DNA of 64,000 nucleotides from Candidatus Multivoradales bacterium (GTDB lineage Bacteria; Acidobacteriota; Thermoanaerobaculia; Multivoradales; J023): NCBI GenBank assembly GCA_965248925.1, contig CBDFLE010000004.1, positions 64,001 to 128,000 of the forward strand, read 5' to 3'. Shown piece by piece: positions 8,184 to 16,900 of this stretch (position 1 is its first letter; each line of letters starts with the position of its first letter). The notes under the pieces were generated by a model. It saw only the letters and a program-made list of their open reading frames with translations, ran no database searches and was not told where the DNA came from. The position numbers and the translations under genes were made by a program.

Positions 8184-9257
8184 TCAGTCCTCCGCCTCGG
8201 TCTCGACTACATCGAGTAAGTCCTCGGCGGTCACTTCATCGCTGCCGTCTTCTTCTGTCGGCGGTGCCACCCGCCGCCCTAGCTTCGCGCCCGGATGGGT
8301 TGCCGAGTGGATCGACTTCAGTTTGCGGATCGATACCTGAGTGTAAATCTGCGTCGTCTCCAGCTTGGCGTGGCCGAGCATCTGCTGGATGAAGCGGATA
8401 TCCGCACCACCTTCGAGCATCAGCGTCGCCATCGTGTGGCGGAAGAGATGGCAAGCGCCCGACTTGCCGAGATCGGCGGCGAGCACGTAGCCGCGCACCA
8501 GCTGAGTCATTCGCGACGGCGCAAACGGCGTCCCCTGGTTGGTGAGAAAGAGCGGCCCGCCGTCCGGCTCGACCACCAGCGACGGCCGTACCTCAGTGAC
8601 GTAGCGATCGATCCAGGCCAGCGCCCGCTCGCCGATCGGGATCATCCAATCTTTCCTACCCTTGCCCTGGCGCACCATCACCGTCCCGCGTTCGATGTCG
8701 AGATCGTAACGGCCGAGGCCGATCAGCTCAGCCCGGCGCATGCCCGTGGAGTAGAAGACTTCAAGGATTGTTCGGTCGCGCATCCCGAGCGGGTCGGCGG
8801 TGTCGGGCTGGTTGAGCACCTGGTCGGCTTCAGAGGCGGTCAGCACCGCCGCCGGCAGCCGGTGCTCCAGCTTCGGTAGCTCCAGCTCCGAGGCCGGGTT
8901 GTAGAGCAGGTGGTTGGCCCGAGCCGCCCATTTGAAGAAGGCCCTTACCGGCTCCAGCCGCGAGTGCTGAGCCCGGAAAGACAGCGGCCGCCCATCCTCG
9001 GGCTTGCGGTAGTGGTAGAGCCACCTGGCGTAGCGTTCCAAAATCGGCTTGGTCACGTCCGACGGCCGCGACACTCCACGCTCGTCACACCATGCGATGA
9101 GAAACGAGAGGTATAGATGCCGGTTCTCAACGGTTCGTGGAGAGTAGTTCTTGATCGCCATCCACTCCAGGTACTGACCCGCCATCACCGCGAAGCCCCG
9201 AGGGTCGGTTGGATTGCCCGGCAAGAGGCGGATCTTGCGCTCGCCACGGCGCGGCAT
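8184..9257 (-). CDS. Site-specific tyrosine recombinase, XerC/XerD-like
   Basis: Intact catalytic residues: TGMRRAE, QGKG, HLFRH, LGH, TQIY; N-terminal SAM-like region YSPRTVENR. Confidence 0.95.
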   Translation of the reverse strand: MPRRGERKIRLLPGNPTDPRGFAVMAGQYLEWMAIKNYSPRTVENRHLYLSFLIAWCDERGVSRPSDVTKPILERYARWLYHYRKPEDGRPLSFRAQHSRLEPVRAFFKWAARANHLLYNPASELELPKLEHRLPAAVLTASEADQVLNQPDTADPLGMRDRTILEVFYSTGMRRAELIGLGRYDLDIERGTVMVRQGKGRKDWMIPIGERALAWIDRYVTEVRPSLVVEPDGGPLFLTNQGTPFAPSRMTQLVRGYVLAADLGKSGACHLFRHTMATLMLEGGADIRFIQQMLGHAKLETTQIYTQVSIRKLKSIHSATHPGAKLGRRVAPPTEEDGSDEVTAEDLLDVVETEAED

Positions 9258-12200
9258 CAGGCCCCCTCGACCGCCGCCGAGCCGCCGGTACGACGCCCAG
9301 ATTTACGACATGACGGGCCGTTTTCTCGCACCCCCTTATATGCGTTTTTTGCCGAAACTCCACGATTTCCGGCCGAAGTTGTTGATTCTGCTTGGGAAAC
9401 TGCACCCCGACCACCCCCCGACACCCCCCCGACTTGGGGCCGACTTGGCCCCGACTTCTCAGCTTCAGACCCCGACTTCTTTTCGTCGTACCTGAGTGTT
9501 TCGACCTCGATCAGCCCCGGCAGTCGCGGCCGCTCCGGCTCGTCGCTGGCCACGTAAACCAGCTCGTAGACAAAGCTCTGCCCCCGCCCGCCCTGATGCA
9601 CCAGCAGATACTCAAACTCCTCAAGACGGCGTAGGTGCAGCTTCAGCTGCGTATTGCCCCAGCCGGTGTGCTCGCGCACCGCCCGCCGGCTGAAACGGTA
9701 GTCCGGCCGATCCATCGCCAGCGCCTCACAGGCTTCGCTGACCATCTCGTCGATCAGCCCCAGCAGGCGCCGCGTCTGCGGCGGCAGCTCATCGAGCGAG
9801 CGCCCCAAGACTTCGTGCGCCAGGCGGTTGGCTGTCTCGATGTCTGTGGCCACCACTTCGACGTACTCCACCTCTCGCCCGTCGACCACCGCCAGCTTCA
9901 CCTCTCGCTGGTATTGATGCAAAAGAGCAATCACGTCGATCAGCGTCAGGTACTTCTCGTGGTCCCGGCGGGTGCGGATTTGCGTATCGAGAAAGGTAAG
10001 TTCCGGAGCAAAGGGATTGACCACCGCCAGCGGCCGCAGCAGCCGCTGCGCGTTCTGGTGCAGCGCCATCACCCCGTCGCGCCGGGTGCGCGAGAGTAGC
10101 CCCCCCAGCGTCCGCCGCTGCCGCTGCAGCCGGTGAATCGCCCGCGTCTGCTCTCGCGCCTCGTCCACCGAGAGCACCAAGCAGCGATTCAAAAGCTCTT
10201 CATCGATGTCGATTGCCGTGGTCGTCAAGAAGATCATCACCGGCCCTTCGACGTGGTACTCGTGCGTCACCAGCTTGCCCGTTGAAGCGTCCTTGCCGGT
10301 TGAGGCAATCGTCAGCTCGCCTTCCGATTGGAGCAGCTTCAAGGCGTAGCTAGCCCGCTCGGCGCCTTCCTCCTCGACGATCGCCAGGATCTTGTGCTGC
10401 AGATCCGTTTCGCCCATGTAGAACAGCGATTGCCCGGTCATCGCCGAGTACTTCACTTGCTCCTCACCCGGCATCAGCGACAGAACCGCATCCATCAGCG
10501 CCGACTTGCCGGCCGCCGAGCTCGACTGCACCACCACCGCCAAAGGCCGATCCAGAAAGCGCGAGGTGGCCGCCATATAGCCCATGAGCTTGTTGGTTTC
10601 CTCGCCCACCACCCCGCAGCGCTCGAAGTCCGCGAGGATGCGCACCAAGAGATCTGGTGAGCGCAGCAGCTCAAGCGCCGCTTCCTTCTCTCCCTCTGAC
10701 AGCTCCACCGCCGTCGACTGCGGCTCGAGTGCTGAGCGGATCTGCTCGTCCTGCAGCTCCTCGAGCTTCAGCAGCACCTTGCCCAGATCCTTCTTGACCA
10801 CCTGCTCCTCGACCCCCAGCTCAGCGGCTGCCGCCCGCTGAAACACCGCCCGCGGCCGCGCCGCGTAGAGATCGAAAGTGTCGACGTGGAAGGCGTCGCC
10901 CCGCGACGCCAGGACGTTGACCTTGAGCACGTCGTAGGCCAGATTCTTCGGCAGACCGCGAATGCGGTAGCGGCGATCGCCGAGCGACAAGACCACCTCC
11001 TGGTCGCGCACCTCGGCCGGCATATCTGGCGGAGGCGGTGCGGGCAATGGGGAGGCTTCGGCCGGGGCGACCGGCGCCAATACCGCCTCTGCGGCGGTAT
11101 TAGGCCGTGTCGGTTGCTCTGCCGGCGGTGCCAATGAGCCCACTATGGGCTCGTTGCCCAGTTTCACGTCGGGCGCCTTGCCTTTCCCGAGCCACTGTGC
11201 TTTGCGGATCACCACCCCCAGCGACTTCGCGGCTGGCGTCACCTTCAGCGCATATTCGTTGGCGTCCATGCCGCGCGGAAAGTGAATGCGATAGGCGTCG
11301 ATCCCGGCACCCACCAGCTTCTCGGCCAGCTTCCCGGCGGCCTTCTCGCCGGCATCGTCCCGGTCGTAGGCGATCAGCACCCGCTCGACTCCGTGGCCAC
11401 CGAAGGCTGCCAGCATCTCCGCGGTGAAACCCTGGATGCCGTAGGCGCTGGTGACGTTGCGGTAGCCCGCGCACCAGAAGGTCAGAGCGTCGATCAGCGA
11501 CTCGCAAAGGATGATCTCGGTCGAGGCCACCAGAGCTTCCGCATTGAAGATCCCTCGATGCGGACCCGGCAGATAGAGATGCAAGGGTGTCCCCTTGCGA
11601 AGATTCAGTGTGATCTTTCGGCCGTAGATCTCCACCACCTGGCCTGTTGAATCGAAGACCGGAAAGACGATCGAGCCATTGAAGTGCTCATGACCCGACT
11701 TGCGCAGCACCCCGAGCTTCTGCAATCGACCCCGGATCTCCTTGCCCGCTTTCAGCTGCTTCGATGGCAGCCGGTAGCCCAGCGTTCGGTTGGCGAAGCC
11801 AAGCCGGAAATGCTCGACCATCTCCGGGTGCTTCAGCCCCCGACTCTCCAGGTACGCCAGCGCTTCCGGGCTGTCCTTCAAAGCCTCGTGGTAGTAGCCG
11901 ACGACCTGGCCGAGCAGCTCCGCGTCCTCGACGTCCGCCACCACCGGCGAAGGCAGAGCCGGCGCCGAAGGCCGCGCCTCAGTGACCGCCGCCGCCGGCA
12001 GGTCCGAGCGCAGCAGCTCGACCGCGTGGCGAAACGACACCCCGCGATCTCGCATCACCCAATCGATCACCGAACCGCCCGCTTGGCAGGCGCCCAGGCA
12101 GTGCCAGAGGTTCTTCTTCGGCGAGATCACCAGCGACGGCTCGTGGTCGTCGTGAAACGGACACAGCCCCAGCAGGTCCGCCCCGTGCCGTTTCAGCTCT

Positions 12201-12280
12201 ACACCGCGGGCCAGGACCAGGCGTTCCACCGATACTTCTCGCTTTAGCCGCTCTACCTCGGCTTCTGGAATCCTGCTCAC
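9257..12280 (-). CDS. CHC2 zinc finger + Toprim primase + P-loop NTPase (~1007 aa)
   Basis: CPFHDD…WHCLGAC, CESLIDAL, YDRDDAG, SSSAAGKS; GTG start overlaps the SymE stop (GTGA). Confidence 0.93.
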   Translation of the reverse strand: MSRIPEAEVERLKREVSVERLVLARGVELKRHGADLLGLCPFHDDHEPSLVISPKKNLWHCLGACQAGGSVIDWVMRDRGVSFRHAVELLRSDLPAAAVTEARPSAPALPSPVVADVEDAELLGQVVGYYHEALKDSPEALAYLESRGLKHPEMVEHFRLGFANRTLGYRLPSKQLKAGKEIRGRLQKLGVLRKSGHEHFNGSIVFPVFDSTGQVVEIYGRKITLNLRKGTPLHLYLPGPHRGIFNAEALVASTEIILCESLIDALTFWCAGYRNVTSAYGIQGFTAEMLAAFGGHGVERVLIAYDRDDAGEKAAGKLAEKLVGAGIDAYRIHFPRGMDANEYALKVTPAAKSLGVVIRKAQWLGKGKAPDVKLGNEPIVGSLAPPAEQPTRPNTAAEAVLAPVAPAEASPLPAPPPPDMPAEVRDQEVVLSLGDRRYRIRGLPKNLAYDVLKVNVLASRGDAFHVDTFDLYAARPRAVFQRAAAAELGVEEQVVKKDLGKVLLKLEELQDEQIRSALEPQSTAVELSEGEKEAALELLRSPDLLVRILADFERCGVVGEETNKLMGYMAATSRFLDRPLAVVVQSSSAAGKSALMDAVLSLMPGEEQVKYSAMTGQSLFYMGETDLQHKILAIVEEEGAERASYALKLLQSEGELTIASTGKDASTGKLVTHEYHVEGPVMIFLTTTAIDIDEELLNRCLVLSVDEAREQTRAIHRLQRQRRTLGGLLSRTRRDGVMALHQNAQRLLRPLAVVNPFAPELTFLDTQIRTRRDHEKYLTLIDVIALLHQYQREVKLAVVDGREVEYVEVVATDIETANRLAHEVLGRSLDELPPQTRRLLGLIDEMVSEACEALAMDRPDYRFSRRAVREHTGWGNTQLKLHLRRLEEFEYLLVHQGGRGQSFVYELVYVASDEPERPRLPGLIEVETLRYDEKKSGSEAEKSGPSRPQVGGVSGGGRGAVSQAESTTSAGNRGVSAKNAYKGVRENGPSCRKSGRRTGGSAAVEGA
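9407..9476. repeat. CCGAC array in 11-bp phase (candidate iterons/origin)
   Basis: CCGAC starts at 9407, 9418, 9429, 9440, 9451 and 9472. Confidence 0.7.
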
Positions 12281-12501
12281 TGCGCCGCCCCCGACTCCAC
12301 CGGAGTGAGCACCAAGCGATCTTGCTCGACCTCCACCCGCAGCCTCTCCCCACAGCGAAACCCCGCCGCTTCCAGCCAAGCCCCTCGCATCCGCACAAAC
12401 GGCACAAGCCGCACCGAGCACGGACCGTTGATGTAGTGCGGTGCGCGGGGCTCGTGCAGGGTAGAGATCGTCAGATGCCGCTCAGCTCTCGACTCAGACA
12501 C
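12277..12501 (-). CDS. SymE-family (AbrB-fold) protein 2
   Basis: VPFVRMRGAWLEAAGFRCGERLRVEVEQDRLVL; start could be at 12540. Confidence 0.85.
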   Translation of the reverse strand: MSESRAERHLTISTLHEPRAPHYINGPCSVRLVPFVRMRGAWLEAAGFRCGERLRVEVEQDRLVLTPVESGAAQ

Positions 12502-12790
12502 AGGCTGCTCCTGCCAGGCGACTTGCCGAGACCTCATCAATCCGGCCGATCTGATCCGCCGGCACCCACACCACCGGCTGCATTTCCCTCTCCTCCTCGC
12601 CCTCTTCCACCCGCGTCACCACCAAACGCCCGTCACCCACGACGTCCACCCGCACCTGGGCTCCAGGATAGAAGCCGGCGTCGCGCATCCACAGCCCCGC
12701 CAGCTGCAGCAGCGGTAGCTGCGCGGACTTGGGGAAGGCGTGCCAACCGTGGCGGTACAGGGCGGAGATGGTTGGCTTGTGCTCGGTCAT
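12494..12790 (-). CDS. SymE-family (AbrB-fold) protein 1
   Basis: LPLLQLAGLWMRDAGFYPGAQVRVDVVGDGRLVV; RBS GGAGG. Confidence 0.85.
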   Translation of the reverse strand: MTEHKPTISALYRHGWHAFPKSAQLPLLQLAGLWMRDAGFYPGAQVRVDVVGDGRLVVTRVEEGEEEREMQPVVWVPADQIGRIDEVSASRLAGAACV

Positions 12791-12820
12791 CGGTCTGCCT
12801 CCAAATTTCTTCAGTTAACT

Positions 12821-12889
12821 CAGATGCAACTCATCTGTGCTCTACAGTACCAATCGGTTGCATTGGTGTCAAGCCTGCAATGTCTTGAC
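12821..12889. promoter_or_regulatory. Divergent promoter region with clustered inverted repeats (candidate operators)
   Basis: CAGATG-n5-CATCTG, ACCAAT-n7-ATTGGT, GTCAAG-n10-CTTGAC; ATGCAAC…GTTGCAT. Confidence 0.55.
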
Positions 12890-12959
12890 GCATACCTTCG
12901 GGTTGCCTAGAATTAACTCAGGACGGAAAAAGGCGTACAAGAAAGGACTGGAAGGTTCT

Positions 12960-13331
12960 ATGAGCCAAGAAAGCGGCACGATCAAGACACGGTTCGGCAA
13001 GCGAGTTCTTGAGCTACGCAAGACTCGCAGCTGGAAGCAAGACGAGCTTGGCAAAAAGCTCGGCACTTCGGGCGTCGTCATCGGGCGCTACGAGCGAGGC
13101 GAGGTGATGCCGTCGATCAAGGTGGCTCAGAAGATGGCCGAAGTCTTTGGTGTGACGCTCGACTATTTGGTGGGTGAGCAGGAGGTTCCCAATCTGCTCA
13201 CCCAAAGCGAAATGGTCGAACGGTGGATGACTCTCGACGCTTTGGCGACGAGCGACCGGGACCGTATCCTCTACGTCGTCGACTCGCTCATTAGGGAAGC
13301 CAAGACCCGCCAGGCTTTCGGCGCCTCTTGA
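12960..13331 (+). CDS. XRE-family helix-turn-helix regulator
   Basis: FGKRVLELRK…QDELGKKLG…IGRYERG…AEVFGVTLDYLVG. Confidence 0.92.
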   Translation: MSQESGTIKTRFGKRVLELRKTRSWKQDELGKKLGTSGVVIGRYERGEVMPSIKVAQKMAEVFGVTLDYLVGEQEVPNLLTQSEMVERWMTLDALATSDRDRILYVVDSLIREAKTRQAFGAS

Positions 13332-13498
13332 TCCAATATAGACGGAAACCCGGCTCTCACCGGGCTCGATCAATACAGCTCGCTGATTTCAGTTGGCTTG
13401 CGGCGAAACGCCTTCTGGCACCTCCGCAGCAGGCCGATGGACTCATCCGAGACGCACGTACCCGGCAGTCCTACGCCGCTACTTGAGCCCAGATGCAC

Positions 13499-13524
13499 GA
13501 AAGCCCGGCATCAGCCGGGCTTTC
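13499..13524. terminator. Probable bidirectional terminator between the convergent HTH and immunity genes
   Basis: GAAAGCCCGGC-ATCA-GCCGGGCTTTC, perfect 11-bp stem. Confidence 0.75.
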
Positions 13525-13526
13525 TG

Positions 13527-13549
13527 CGAAACGGTTGGCACCTGGCTGG
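13527..13549. repeat. Post-immunity boundary motif, copy 1 (diverged)
   Basis: CGAAACGGTTGGCACCTGGCTGG; 17/23 identical to 3415-3437. Confidence 0.55.
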
Positions 13550-13565
13550 CCGCTCAGGCACCTAC

Positions 13566-13889
13566 CTAAGAAGCGCTCCTGTACCGTTGCACCAGCTCCC
13601 TACATACTTTTAGGATCTCCGCTCGTATTTCGTTGAGGTAGGCGGCGACTGCCTCATCCTTCCTTCTCAGTGACTCCTCCGACCAATGCAAGCGAGTTTC
13701 GCCAAAAGGAATGTCCTCCGTTTCGGACTCAACAGCAACAATCGGTGCGAAGAGCACATCATCTCTCTCATCGAGTCGGCCAGCGAGTTGCACTAGTTGT
13801 CGGCTACCCTCCACAATACCAACATCACCCGATAGCACCTGCCGTGCTTTGTCAGCAATTCGAGCTTCAATAGACGTAGAAAGTTTCAT
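13566..13889 (-). CDS. Immunity protein for the main Rhs (DUF2489-like)
   Basis: Directly downstream of the toxin; EGSR…ESETEDIPFG…W…KD pattern. Confidence 0.8.
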   Translation of the reverse strand: MKLSTSIEARIADKARQVLSGDVGIVEGSRQLVQLAGRLDERDDVLFAPIVAVESETEDIPFGETRLHWSEESLRRKDEAVAAYLNEIRAEILKVCRELVQRYRSAS

Positions 13890-13911
13890 TCTTAAGATCC
13901 TAGCCTTTGTT

Positions 13912-16900
13912 CTATTGGAACTTCGTCTTCAGCTCAACGATTTCTCCTGTCCTCACGTTCCGATAGGCATGGACCTCAAAACTCGCGCCGTCTGCGGCCT
14001 TGAAGTTCGAACTTCGAATTTTAGCCCAATCACCTCTTGATCCACCGTACTGCCTCGCAAGGCGGTCGACATCACGAATTGGGACTCGCCCGCCTGCGCC
14101 TGCTATTGTCCGACCACCGCCGTTAGCAAGTTCGCCAACTTGCTGTTCACTTGCAAGCTGCTTCTGGAGCCTAAGCCTATTCGCTGCGCTCCGCGCTCCC
14201 GCTGTCCCATCTGCGCCCGCTCTAGCTGCGTCAGCAGCAGCAGCTGACTTCTTCAGTTTCTTTGCATTTCTTACGGCTCCTACGAGCTTCGCTCCCCTAC
14301 CAGCCACCTTCAATAGCCCAAGACCTGTGGCACCAGCCACTGCTCCGGTGACGAAAGCCCCGGCTACGCCTGTTGTGAGCTCTTCCCCTGAAAGCGCGTT
14401 GCTCGCAATTTGAATCCCAACATCTACGACTCCGCCAAGAAATGCAGTTACCAGAAACCCAAGCCTTCCGTCCGGGTCTACCTGGTTGATTGGACTGTTG
14501 CTGACGTAAGAGAAGCGATTCCAACTCTGTGGTGAGGACCGGCTACCCAGAGATGGATCCACACTCAAGAACCGCCCCACCACCGGGCTGCAATGCCGAG
14601 CATGCATGTAGTCCAGCTCGCTCCTCACCCCGGTCCCGGTCTTGTCTCGCTCGTGCCCGGTGAACTTCAGCACAACCTCGTCCTGGGCCAAGTTGGTGGC
14701 CTCCTGACCAAACGGGTAGTAGTTGTGCAACGCCACCTGCTGTCCGCCTCGGGTGATCTGCCGGGGTGTGCCCAGGTGATCAAGATGGAGATGCGACGTC
14801 ATCTCGCCACCGCTACCCTCGGGCTCGATGGTGGCGAGGGGCTGCCCGCCGCGATGGACGTAGTCTCGACTCCAGCTGAAGGCGCCGCCAGCTGGCTGAT
14901 CGTAGACCCGCAGGACCTCATTGCCGAGCCCGCGCAGGGTCCAGGTGAGGCTGGCGGGCTGGGTGGTGCAAGTGCTGGTGGCGCCGGGGCCGAAGCAGTC
15001 GAAGGTGAGGATCCGCTCGTCGCTGGCGTTGTAGATGAAGACCCGCGCTTGATCGGTGTTCGAGCGCAGGTGCTTCATCATGTTGGCGCCGTCGAAGGCG
15101 TAGTCGAAGCTCTCGCTGCCGAGGGTGATGTCGGTCAGATTGCCGGCCGCGTCGTATTGAGCGCCCGAGAGGCCGAGGCGGTTGGTGGTGGCGTTGGGGT
15201 TGAGGTTGAGAGCCGCGAAACCGGGTGTTGATAGTTGCTGGATGTTGCCGAAATTGTCATAAGTCGCCGTCTGGGTGAACCGGGTGGCACCAACGGAGGT
15301 CTGGCCGGAGCGTAATCGGCCGAGGCGGTCATAACGGTAGTCCAGGTTGCCGATGGCGGAGATATTGCCGGCTCCGTCGTAGGCGAAAATGCCGCTGCTC
15401 CAGCCCGCGGAGGTGGTCAGCTGATGCGGCCTGGCGAGGCCGTTGGAGCTGCTGACTTCCTGGGTGTCAACCACGCCATCGCCGTGGGTGAGCTGATGCA
15501 GCATGCCACCGCTCTGGTAGGTGAGGTTGTTGGCGAAGCCGGGCACGGACCTCAGCATACCCTTCTCGTAGTTGAAATTCACCGTGCGCTGCGGATCGTT
15601 GGTGGCGCAGCCGCCGTCGGCGTGTTGGCAGCTGGGGTAGTCGAGTTGCGACAAATTGCCCTGGGTGTCATAGACGAAACCGGTGGTGAAGGCGTAGTTG
15701 CCGGCGAAGAATTGGTAGCGGGTCTGCTTCTCCGACATCAGGCCCTGACGACCGGTGTAGCGGAAGCTCTCGGAGAGCTTGACGTCGAGGGAGCCGGGCT
15801 CGGGGGCCAGGGGATTCTGGATGTCCACCCAGTTGTGGCGCACGGTCTGCACCAGCTTCCCGGCCCGGTGGTCGCTGCCAGAGTTGGTGCGGGCGTAGCG
15901 GAACTGCTTCTGCAAGCGCGGAGTGCTCCCCACGCCATTGCTCGATTCGAGGACTCTGATCAGTCGGCCGGCGGCGTCGAAATCGAAGCTCAGATCGAAG
16001 GCGGTGCTGCCGATCAGGTCTTTGGAGATGGCGTTGCCGCCGGCGTCAAAGCGGTAATCGATGCGGCCATTGCCCGAGGGGCCGATCTCGGGATGGGTCT
16101 CGGAGAGTAGGAAACCGCGACCGTCATAGTCGAACAAGCGGGTCTGGCCGCAGGTCGAGCCGCTGAGGTTCTGGCACACTTTGGTCAGTCTGCCACCATC
16201 GTCATAGGAATAGCGGGTCAGCAGACCGCCACCACCACAGCTGCCAGACCAGGCGGCGGAACTGCCCTCGCAGACCTCGGCCAGACGGCCCTGGCCGTCC
16301 ATGATCTCGGTGACGTAGGTGTCTTGCTGGCCACTGGTCAGCTGCACTTTGAAGCGCCGGGTCTGCACCCGGTCGCCCTGGTAGGTGAAGAAGGTCGCCG
16401 GCTGTTCTGGCGGCTTGACCCGGCCGGGGCGGCCGAAGCGGTCGTAGGCGAGGTAGGTCGTGCGCCGGCTTTCGCCGGCCGCGGAGGCGGTGGTCCACAC
16501 CGACTCGTCCGTCTTCCAGTGACGCGGGTTCCAGGTCGTGTAGCGATGCCAGAGCTCGGTCTGGCCAGCGTTGGCGACGGGGATGCGCACGGTTTCTTGC
16601 AGCCGCCGGCCGAGGCCGTCGTAGCGGTGCTCGCGGAAGCTCATCAGATCGGTGCCGCTGCAGGAGGTCTGGAAGGGCTGGCACTGTTGCTCGGTGAGCT
16701 TGGGGGCAAGACCGGGGTTGGCGGTGGTGGGCAGGGTGTAGGTCCACTGGGTCCAGCCCAGCTCGGCCGGGCGCTGGCCGGTCAAGCGGCCTAGGCGATC
16801 GTAGGTAAAGCTGGTGCCCAGGCCCGCTGCGTCGCGGCTGGTGGCCACCAGGCCGGTGTCTGAGTCGATGTCGTAGTCGGCCAGGGTGAGGATCGCGGTG

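Larger units (their letters stand above)
7154..14756 (-). mobile_element. Integrated primase / tyrosine recombinase / SymE element carrying an Rhs toxin tip and immunity gene
   Basis: Gene content plus the flanking direct repeat; no capsid or conjugation genes. Confidence 0.8.

Noticed and set aside
7381-8340. Several overlapping ORFs of 100-190 aa between the leader and recombinase
   Set aside because: Pro/Arg/Ala-rich with no motifs; the region is better explained as cis-acting sites
8184-12280. Chromosomal xerC and dnaG
   Set aside because: The primase is fused to an NTPase and sits in a SymE/HTH operon; housekeeping symbols not assigned
8184-13331. Prophage interpretation
   Set aside because: No terminase, capsid, tail or lysis genes in the window
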